Source: Kineococcus radiotolerans SRS30216 = ATCC BAA-149
Lineage (GTDB): Bacteria; Actinomycetota; Actinomycetes; Actinomycetales; Kineococcaceae
Assembly (NCBI RefSeq): GCF_000017305.1
Contig: NC_009664.2
Coordinates: 2,280,001-2,312,000 of the forward strand
Length of the DNA: 32,000 nt
Direction of reading: 5' to 3'
Shown here: piece after piece, positions 21,507 through 28,445 of the stretch
Position numbering within the stretch: the first letter of the stretch is position 1
Layout of the letters: every line of letters begins with the position of its first letter
Made by a program: the position numbers and the translations under genes
Notes under the pieces: model-generated
Database searches by the model: none
Seen by the model: the letters and a program-made list of their open reading frames with translations, nothing else
Told to the model about the DNA's origin: nothing

Positions 21507-22643
21507 TCACGCCGCGAGCAGCGCCCCGGCGAGCGCCCGCAGCTCCCGTCCCCGCGACGTCCAGTCCTGCCCGCGGGCGAGGTCGGCGACCCGCGCCGGG
21601 CGGGCCGGGTCGGGGTCGGCGAGCACGTCCAGCACCCGGGCGGTGAACTCCGGGCGCGCGGTGACGAACACCGCCCCGGGCACCGCGGCGACGGCGGGCA
21701 GCGGCGTGCTCACCACCGGCAGGCCCGCCGCGAGGTACTCGAAGGTCTTCAGCGGGCTGATGCCCGCGGTCAGCGGGGACACCCGGTAGGGCACGATCCC
21801 GACGGTCGCGGCGGCGAGCTCGTCGGCGAGGGCACCCGCCGGCAGCGGGCCGACGACCTCGGCGCCGGCGGCCAGCAGCCGCGCCCACGCGGGGTCGCCG
21901 GCGCAGTCGGCGGTGACGGGCCCGATGAGGCGCAGCCGCCCGCGCCCGCGCAGGGCGGTGGCGAGGTCGAGGAGCAGGGGCAGGTCGACCTTGTGCGGGG
22001 CGAGGGTCCCGGCGAAGACGACGGTCGCGGAGCGGGGGGCGCCGCGCCCGCGGGCGGCGGCGAAGAGGTCCACGTCGCACACGTTGGGCAGGCACCGGGT
22101 CGCGGCGAAACCCCGTTCGCGCAGGTGCTCCTGCACGGCGGGGCTGGTGGCGAGGGCGAGGTCGGTGCCGGCCGCCAGGGACCGCTCGGCGGCGAGCAGG
22201 CGGGCGCGGTGCACGCCGGGGTTCTCGTGGAGGAGGTCGACGAGGTGGTAGACGGTCCGGTCGGCCAGCGCCTCCAGGCCGTACGTGAACGGGGTGTACG
22301 TCCACAGCAGCCGCGGCCCGTCGTGCTCGACCCAGCGCCGGACCTGCCGGCGCAGCGCCCACCCGTTGACCGCGCGGGTGGAGGGGGCGTGGTGGGGGAC
22401 GAGGCGGGGGCTGACGACCTCCAGGCCCGCCGGCACGGGGCGGCCCGGGACGGGCGCGGGCGGGCGCAGCCGCCGCAGGACGCGGCGCGCGTCGGAGACC
22501 CGCAGCCGGCGGGTGCCGGTGCCCTCGGCGAACAGCACCGGCCAGCGGCGGGCGAGCGCGGGGGCGACGTGGTGCTGGTTGGTGGCGATCGCGGCGTCCC
22601 AGTCGGCGGTGCCGAGGACGAGCACCAGCGGGGCGGCGCTCAC
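21507..22643 (-). CDS. Glycosyltransferase (GT-B, GT4/TuaH-like)
   Basis: VSAAPLVLVLGTADWDAAIATNQHHVAPALA at the N-terminus, and ISPLKTFEYLAAGLPVVSTPLP at the C-terminal end. GTG 22643 overlaps the stop of the upstream sugar transferase (GTGA). Only the 3' 378 codons of the 855-aa track ORF are credible. Confidence 0.75.
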   Translation of the reverse strand: MSAAPLVLVLGTADWDAAIATNQHHVAPALARRWPVLFAEGTGTRRLRVSDARRVLRRLRPPAPVPGRPVPAGLEVVSPRLVPHHAPSTRAVNGWALRRQVRRWVEHDGPRLLWTYTPFTYGLEALADRTVYHLVDLLHENPGVHRARLLAAERSLAAGTDLALATSPAVQEHLRERGFAATRCLPNVCDVDLFAAARGRGAPRSATVVFAGTLAPHKVDLPLLLDLATALRGRGRLRLIGPVTADCAGDPAWARLLAAGAEVVGPLPAGALADELAAATVGIVPYRVSPLTAGISPLKTFEYLAAGLPVVSTPLPAVAAVPGAVFVTARPEFTARVLDVLADPDPARPARVADLARGQDWTSRGRELRALAGALLAA

Positions 22644-24046
22644 CGTCCCGCCGCGGTGACGACCTGGACGACGGTGCGCAGCAGGATCTTGACGTCCAGC
22701 CACAGCGACCAGTTCTCCACGTAGTGGTTGTCGAAGCGGGCGCGGTCGGCGATGGAGGTGTCCCCGCGCAGGCCGTTGACCTGGGCCCAGCCGGTGACCC
22801 CGACGGGGACGCGGTGGCGCCAGAGGTAGCCGTCGTGCTCGAGGGTGAACCGCTCGACGAAGTGGGGCCGCTCCGGGCGGGGACCCACCAGCGACATGTC
22901 GCCGCGCAGCACGTTCCACAACTGCGGCAGCTCGTCCAGGGACAGCTTGCGCAGCCAGCGCCCCACCGGCCCGACGCGGTCGTCGCCGTCGACGCTCCAC
23001 CGGGTGTCGGACTCGGCGGTCGTGGTGCGCAGGGTGCGGAGCTTGAGCAGCTCGAAGCGCCGGCCCTCGATGCCGACCCGTTCCTGGCGGAACAGCACCC
23101 CCGGGCCCACCTCCAGGCGCAGGGCCAGGGCGCACGCGGCGATGACGGGGCTGAGCAGGAGCAGGGCCACGGCGGAGGCGCTGACGTCCACGACCCGCTT
23201 CAGCGGCCACGTCGCGGCCCGGAACGCGGGGCGGCGCAGCTGCACCATGGGCACCCCCCGCGCCGTCTGCATGGAGCGGTGGGTGCTGGTGACCTGCCAG
23301 AACCGGGGCACGACGAGGATCTCGACGTCGACGTCCTGGCAGCCGCGCAGCACGTCCACGACGACCATCTCGGGGGCGTTGGAGTAGGCGATGACGACGA
23401 CGACGATCCCGTGCCGGCGGACGGTCTCGGCGAGGTCGGCGATCCCGCCGAGCACGGGCAGCGGGCGGTCCTCCGCGGACAGCCGGGGGGCGTCGTCGAT
23501 GAAGCCGACGGGCAGCAGGCCGTGCTCGCCGGAGCGGAAGATCTCCACCAGCTGCGCCCCGAGGCCGCCGCAGCCGACGACGAGGGTGCGGTGGGCGACC
23601 TGCCCGGAGATCCGGGTGCGCCGGCGCGCGATGTAGGCGGCGGTGCGGGCGGCGAGGACGAGGCCGGTCTGGACGAGCGCGACGAGGAGGGTGCGGCGGT
23701 CGACCTCCCCCAGGCCCAGCGCGCCCCCGCCGATGGCGGCGACGCCGATCGCGGCGACGGCGCCGCCGAGGAGCAGCGGCAGGTCGTCGAGGACGCTGAG
23801 GTCCAGGCGCGGGCGGTAGAGGCCGACGGCGGCGTGGACGGCGAGGACCGAGGCGGAGAACACCAGCACCGCGGGTCCGCCCTGCCCGAGCAGGAGGACG
23901 ACGCCGAGGACGCAGACCGCGTCGGTGGCCAGCAGCAGCATCGCCAGCTGGGAGCGCTGGCGGCGGGGGTGGGTGGCCGGGGTGGAGGGCCAGGGGGCGA
24001 GGGGGCGCGGGCCCGCGCTGGGACCACCGGTCACGGTCACGCCCAC
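22640..24046 (-). CDS. Polyprenyl-phosphate glycosylphosphotransferase (WbaP/EpsL-type priming sugar transferase)
   Basis: N-terminal TM bundle, central Rossmann-like region (TLVVGCGGLGAQL), C-terminal PLKRVVDVSASAVALLLLSPV ... FRQERVG ... FELLKLRTL ... DELPQLWNVLRGDMSLVGPRPERP. Confidence 0.9.
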   Translation of the reverse strand: MGVTVTGGPSAGPRPLAPWPSTPATHPRRQRSQLAMLLLATDAVCVLGVVLLLGQGGPAVLVFSASVLAVHAAVGLYRPRLDLSVLDDLPLLLGGAVAAIGVAAIGGGALGLGEVDRRTLLVALVQTGLVLAARTAAYIARRRTRISGQVAHRTLVVGCGGLGAQLVEIFRSGEHGLLPVGFIDDAPRLSAEDRPLPVLGGIADLAETVRRHGIVVVVIAYSNAPEMVVVDVLRGCQDVDVEILVVPRFWQVTSTHRSMQTARGVPMVQLRRPAFRAATWPLKRVVDVSASAVALLLLSPVIAACALALRLEVGPGVLFRQERVGIEGRRFELLKLRTLRTTTAESDTRWSVDGDDRVGPVGRWLRKLSLDELPQLWNVLRGDMSLVGPRPERPHFVERFTLEHDGYLWRHRVPVGVTGWAQVNGLRGDTSIADRARFDNHYVENWSLWLDVKILLRTVVQVVTAAGR

Positions 24047-24218
24047 CCCTCCTCGTCGGTCGGTCCGGTAGCACGCGGCGCGCGCCGGACTCCAGCTTGT
24101 TCGTCCGCTCGGCGTGTCCCCTTGAGGGTCCGGGGCCCTCGACCCGGGTCCGCGACCCGTTCGGCCCGGTCCGGGCGGGTGCGCGTCAGGTGGGGCCGGT
24201 CGCGGCCGATGGAGGTCC

Positions 24219-25610
24219 GTGGACCTCGTCGACTACCTGCGCGCTCTGCGCAAGCACTGGATCCTCGTGGTCCTGTCAGTGCTGCTGGGCGGCGGGGCCG
24301 GGGCCGGGGCCTACAGCGCCAGCGCTCCCGTCTACCGCGCCGACAGCCTGCTGTTCGTGTCGATGTACGACACCGGCAACGCGGCGCTGCTCATGCAGGG
24401 CAGCATGTTCGCCCAGCAGCGGGTGCAGTCCTACACCGGTGTCCTCACCAGCCCGAAGGTGCTGCAGCCGGTCATTGACGAGCTGGACCTGGACACCACG
24501 CCGCGGGCGCTGTCGGACCACGTCGGTTCCAGCGCCCCGCTGGGGACGGTCCTCATCGAGGTCACCGTCGACGAGTCCTCCCCGCAGCGGGCGGCCGACA
24601 TCGCCAACTCCGTGTCCAAGCACTTCGGGCGGGCGGTGAGCGAGCTCGAGCAGGCCACCCCGGCGAGCGCGAGCCCGGTGCGCATCAACGTGCTGCGCCC
24701 GGCGGTGGTCCGGGAGGACCCCATCGCCCCGAACCTGCTGCGGACCCTGGCCCTGGGGCTGCTGGCCGGGGTGGTGCTCGGGACGGGGCTCGCCGTGCTG
24801 CGCGAGGTCCTGGACACGACCGTGAAGTCCCTGAGCACGATCACCGACCTCGGGGCCCCCGCCCTGGGGTCGGTGCCCGCCGGGGAGGGCGGTCCGCGTC
24901 CCGAGCTGGTCGTGGAGGGTTCGCGCTCCCCGCAGTCGGAGGCGCTGCGCCAGATCCGGACGAACCTGCAGTTCGCCGACGTCGACCACCCGCCGCGGGT
25001 CCTCGTCGTCACCTCCGCCCTGCCCGGGGAGGGCAAGAGCACCACGGCGGTGAACCTGGCCCTGACCGCCGCGACGGCGGGGATGCGGGTGGTCCTCGTC
25101 GAGGGCGACCTGCGGCTGCCGCGGGTGGCGGACTACCTGGGGGTGGAGGACAGCGCCGGCCTGACGACCGTCCTGGCCGGGCGCGCCGACCTCGACGACG
25201 TCCTGCAGCCCTACGGGGACACGGGCCTGTCGGTGCTGGCCAGCGGCCCGATCCCGCTGAACCCGGCGGCCCTGCTCGGTTCCCGGCACATGGGCGACCT
25301 GCTGGCCCGGCTGCGCGAGCGCGCCGACCTCGTCATCATCGACAGCCCGCCGCTGCTGCCGGTCGCCGACGCGGCCGTGCTGGCCCGCCAGACCGACGGC
25401 GCCCTCGTCGTGGTCAAGCACGGCAAGACGACGCGGGACCACCTCACCCGGGCCCTGGAGCGGCTGCGGGCGGTCGACGCCCCGGTGCTCGGCGGGGTCC
25501 TGACGATGGTCCCGGCGAAGGCCTCGGACTACTCCTACGCCTACGAGTACGGCTACGGGTACCAGCCGACGGTCCCCGACGACGCCGAGGCCGTCGTGCT
25601 GGAGCGCTGA
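24219..25610 (+). CDS. Polysaccharide co-polymerase / tyrosine autokinase (fused Wzz + BY-kinase)
   Basis: Wzz-like N-terminus with 2 TM helices, Walker A VTSALPGEGKSTTAVNLA, Walker A' VVLVEGDLR, Walker B LVIIDSPPLLPVADA, and a C-terminal Tyr cluster SDYSYAYEYGYGYQ. GTG 24219 is preceded by GGAGG. Confidence 0.9.
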   Translation: MDLVDYLRALRKHWILVVLSVLLGGGAGAGAYSASAPVYRADSLLFVSMYDTGNAALLMQGSMFAQQRVQSYTGVLTSPKVLQPVIDELDLDTTPRALSDHVGSSAPLGTVLIEVTVDESSPQRAADIANSVSKHFGRAVSELEQATPASASPVRINVLRPAVVREDPIAPNLLRTLALGLLAGVVLGTGLAVLREVLDTTVKSLSTITDLGAPALGSVPAGEGGPRPELVVEGSRSPQSEALRQIRTNLQFADVDHPPRVLVVTSALPGEGKSTTAVNLALTAATAGMRVVLVEGDLRLPRVADYLGVEDSAGLTTVLAGRADLDDVLQPYGDTGLSVLASGPIPLNPAALLGSRHMGDLLARLRERADLVIIDSPPLLPVADAAVLARQTDGALVVVKHGKTTRDHLTRALERLRAVDAPVLGGVLTMVPAKASDYSYAYEYGYGYQPTVPDDAEAVVLER

Positions 25611-25651
25611 GCGCCCCTCCCGCGGCGGGCTCCGTCACGCGGCGGGTCGCG

Positions 25652-26266
25652 TCAGCGGGGGGCCGCTCCGGCGGGGGGTCCCGGCAGCGCCGCCACGACC
25701 GCGGCGAACGCCTCGTCGAGGCGGCGGCCGGCCTTCAGCTGCTCCTCGACCTCGAGCAGGTGCACGTCGGCGACGTCGTCGGAGGCGGGGTCCTGCGGCG
25801 CCGTCGGGCCCCGCCACGCCGGGGCCGCGGTGACCAGGGCCCGCAGGGCCGCGGCGGGTGCGGAGCTCGCCGGCAGCCGGCGGTCCCCGCCGAGGCGGCG
25901 GGCGATCCGGGCCAGCTCCAGCACGGTGAAGACCCGCCGCTGCGCCGGGGGGACGGTGGTGATCACGCTGGCGCGCTGGGTGCGGGTCATGGTGAGGACG
26001 AGGTCGGCGGTGTCGACGAGCCGCGCGTCGAGCCGGCGGGCGGGTCCGGTGGCGAGGACGGGGCGGTGCAGCCGGCGCAGGACCTCCGCGACGGCGCGGT
26101 CGGTGGGTTCCCCGTCGCGGGCGTCCGTGCCCGCGGAGGTCACCCGGATCGTGGCGGCGGCCTCGCCGAAGCGCTCGGTGAGGTGGTGGCGCAGCAGCGC
26201 CACCCCGAGGGGTGAGCGGCTGACGTTGGCCGTGCAGACCACGAGCACCTCGAAGCGGGTCCTCAC
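25652..26266 (-). CDS. Low-molecular-weight protein-tyrosine phosphatase family protein (Wzb-like)
   Basis: VLVVCTANVSRSP is a CX5R(S) P-loop, and DDVADV is a candidate general-acid loop. At 204 aa it has a C-terminal extension. GTG 26266 overlaps the AAA gene stop (GTGA). The 350-aa track ORF is over-extended. Confidence 0.8.
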   Translation of the reverse strand: MRTRFEVLVVCTANVSRSPLGVALLRHHLTERFGEAAATIRVTSAGTDARDGEPTDRAVAEVLRRLHRPVLATGPARRLDARLVDTADLVLTMTRTQRASVITTVPPAQRRVFTVLELARIARRLGGDRRLPASSAPAAALRALVTAAPAWRGPTAPQDPASDDVADVHLLEVEEQLKAGRRLDEAFAAVVAALPGPPAGAAPR

Positions 26267-27264
26267 GGGGCCATCTTGAGCATCTGCCGGCGTTCGCGCA
26301 GGGCCGCGAGCAGCGCGGCGGTCTCGACCTGGGGCGCGCCGTCGAGGATGCACTGCTTGGCGGCCAGCGCGGCGGCGGCCGAGACCTGCTCGTGGCTGAG
26401 GCCGCTGGCGGTGGAGGCGACCCGCGGCCACTCCACCGCGCTGAGGTCGAACCCGCGCAGCCGGCGCAGGACGACCTCCTGCACCACCCCGGTGCTGGGC
26501 AGCGGGTAGTCGACGACGGTGTCGAAGCGGCGCAGCACGGGGCGCTCGAGCAGCTGGGGGCGGTTGGTGGTGACGACGAGGACGGCGGTGGAGGCGTCCT
26601 GGTCGAGCAGACCGGTGAAGGTGCGCAGGACGTCGCGCAGGTGGGTACGGCTGCGCTCGCCCCCGTCGGGGTCGATGAGGGTGTCGACGTCGTCGAAGAG
26701 GCACACCCCGCGGCTCTGGGCCAGCAGGTCGAAGACCAGGGACAGCTTGGCGACGGCGTCCTCGGCGGGCAGGTCGGCGAAGACGTCCAGGCGCACGGAG
26801 AACAGCGGCAGGGCGAGCTCGGCGGCCAGCACCTCGGCCGTCATGGTCTTGCCGGTGCCGGGGGGGCCGGTCAGCAGCAGCTTGCGCAGCGGTTCGAACC
26901 CCCGGGCGCGCAGCGTCTCGGCGTGCCGCTGCTCGGTGAGGACGCGGTGCAGGCGGGCCATGACGTCGCTGGCGAGGGCGAGGTCGGCCAGCTGGGCGCC
27001 GGGGAGGGAGGCGGTGAGGACCTGGGCCAGCTCCCCGCGCGGCTGGGCCACCGAGGAGGGGGGCGGGGGTTGCGGCGGGGCCTGGGGGCGGACGCTGGCG
27101 CGCCGGGTCTCCAGCAGGCGGCGGAGCTCCTCGACCTCCTTGGACCGGCCGGCGTTCTCCAGGACCTCGGCGACGGCCGCGCGGAAGCGCGCGTCGTCGC
27201 CGGCGCCGTGGCTCTCCACGAGCGCCTTGACGTGCGCCGCGGTCGCCAGCAGCCGTCCCTCCAC
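26263..27264 (-). CDS. Classical-clade AAA+ ATPase with short N-terminal helical domain and Pro-rich linker
   Basis: Walker A LLLTGPPGTGKT, Walker B GVCLFDDVD (DD instead of DE), sensor-1/SRH VVTTNRPQLLERPVLRRFD. The N-terminal ~50-aa helical segment is followed by RPQAPPQPPPPSS. Confidence 0.85.
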   Translation of the reverse strand: MEGRLLATAAHVKALVESHGAGDDARFRAAVAEVLENAGRSKEVEELRRLLETRRASVRPQAPPQPPPPSSVAQPRGELAQVLTASLPGAQLADLALASDVMARLHRVLTEQRHAETLRARGFEPLRKLLLTGPPGTGKTMTAEVLAAELALPLFSVRLDVFADLPAEDAVAKLSLVFDLLAQSRGVCLFDDVDTLIDPDGGERSRTHLRDVLRTFTGLLDQDASTAVLVVTTNRPQLLERPVLRRFDTVVDYPLPSTGVVQEVVLRRLRGFDLSAVEWPRVASTASGLSHEQVSAAAALAAKQCILDGAPQVETAALLAALRERRQMLKMAP

Positions 27265-27304
27265 CCCGGCAACTTACCGTGAGTGACCTCTCGTCACACG
27301 AGGA

Positions 27305-27727
27305 TCACCCTTCCCGCACGAAGACGCAGAACGGGTGCCCCGCCGGGTCGGCGTAGACGTGGATCGGTTCGACCTCCTCCGCGCTGCCGTCGCGCAGCGG
27401 GCGCGCCCCCAGCGCCAGGGCCCGGGCGTGGTGGTGGGCCAGCGCCTCGCGGTCGGGCACGGTGAAGTCGACGTGCACCTGCTGCGGCACCCCGCCCGTC
27501 GGCCACGTCGCCCGGGGCAGCACCTCGACCTGCTGGAAGGCCAGGACCCGCCGTCCCCCGGCGTCGACGAGCACCAGCCAGCCGGGCCCGTCCACCCCGT
27601 CCCCGGGGGGTTCGTCACCGGCGCGGTAGCTCAGCCCCAGCAGCTCGCGGTAGAACTCCGCGAGCTCGCGGACGTCGGTGGCGTCGAGGACGGTGTGCAG
27701 CAGGCGCGGGAAGGACGTCGTCACCAC
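27305..27727 (-). CDS. VOC (glyoxalase/bleomycin-resistance/dioxygenase) family protein
   Basis: The 140-aa protein has LHTVLDATDVRELAEFYRELLG and HVDFTV ... DPAGHPFCVF, which are typical VOC beta-alpha-beta-beta-beta modules. Confidence 0.8.
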   Translation of the reverse strand: MVTTSFPRLLHTVLDATDVRELAEFYRELLGLSYRAGDEPPGDGVDGPGWLVLVDAGGRRVLAFQQVEVLPRATWPTGGVPQQVHVDFTVPDREALAHHHARALALGARPLRDGSAEEVEPIHVYADPAGHPFCVFVREG

Positions 27728-27753
27728 CCCACCGTGCCGCGCGGGGCGGGAAC

Positions 27754-27787
27754 GCGAAAGCCCCCGGAGAATTCTCCGGGGGCTTTC
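27754..27787 (-). terminator. 34-bp perfect palindrome CGAAAGCCCCCGGAGAATTCTCCGGGGGCTTTCG, probable terminator after tRNA-Ile
   Basis: Read directly. It begins 6 nt downstream of the tRNA-Ile 3' end. It has a GC-rich stem with A/T-containing flanks and lies upstream of the VOC gene start. Confidence 0.6.
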
Positions 27788-27792
27788 GAGGG

Positions 27793-27866
27793 TGGGCCTA
27801 GGAGGACTTGAACCTCCGACCTCTTCCTTATCAGGGAAGCGCTCTAACCGACTGAGCTATAGGCCC
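27793..27866 (-). tRNA. tRNA-Ile (anticodon GAT)
   Basis: Hand-folded: GGGCCTA TA GCTC AGTCGGTTA GAGC G CTTCC CTGATAA GGAAG AGGTC GGAGG TTCAAGT CCTCC TAGGCCC A. All four stems are fully paired. CCA is not encoded. Confidence 0.95.
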
Positions 27867-27929
27867 TCCGCCGCCGGGGTGCGCGGCGTCGTCAACCTTA
27901 CCCGATGGGAGGGCGTGCCTCGAACCGGA

Positions 27930-28445
27930 TCAGTCGTCGGACAGGGTGACGTGCAGCCCGCCCACCAGGGCCGACGACACGTTGTAGAGGAACGCCACGA
28001 TCGTCGACAGCGCCGTGAGCAGCACGACGTCGACGACGGCGATGACCGTGGCCAGGGAGATGACCTTCCCGAAGCCGACGTAGTCCAGCAGGTCGAAGTC
28101 GACCTCGTTGCCGACGACGTCGGTGAGCAGGCCGTCGAGGTCGGTGAAGACGCCCATCCCGTCCAGCACGCTCCACACGACCGCCGTCGCCACCACCAGG
28201 GCGATGCCGACGGCCACCGAGAGCAGGAACGACAGCTTCGTGACCGACCACGGGTCGACCCGGGCCAGCGTCAGCCGCACCCGGCGCGGGACGGCGTCCA
28301 CGCCGTTGCGGGCGCGCGCGGCCGTGGCCGGCTGGGCCGTCGCGGTGGGCTGGGCCGTCGCGGCGGCTCCGGCCGGGGACGGCGCGGACCGGTCCGCCCT
28401 GCCCGACTGGGCCGACGACGCTGTCGCGCGTTCGGCGGGGGTCAC
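27930..28445 (-). CDS. DUF3566 domain-containing membrane protein (Rv0007-position protein)
   Basis: [32 protein letters not shown] ... [30 protein letters not shown]. The GTG start overlaps the gyrA stop (GTGA 28442-28445). It keeps the conserved position between gyrA and tRNA-Ile. Confidence 0.8.
   Translation of the reverse strand: MTPAERATASSAQSGRADRSAPSPAGAAATAQPTATAQPATAARARNGVDAVPRRVRLTLARVDPWSVTKLSFLLSVAVGIALVVATAVVWSVLDGMGVFTDLDGLLTDVVGNEVDFDLLDYVGFGKVISLATVIAVVDVVLLTALSTIVAFLYNVSSALVGGLHVTLSDD

Noticed and set aside
22644-24074. 5' two-thirds of the 855-aa minus-strand ORF 21507..24074
   Set aside because: This part is out of frame over the bona fide priming sugar transferase (22640..24046). 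Only the 3' 378 codons, from GTG 22643, look like a glycosyltransferase.
15006-27792. Interpreting the tRNA-flanked glycan cluster as a recently integrated mobile island
   Set aside because: I found no integrase, recombinase or transposase, no direct repeat of either tRNA 3' end by eye, and GC content indistinguishable from the flanks. I keep it only as a synteny break.
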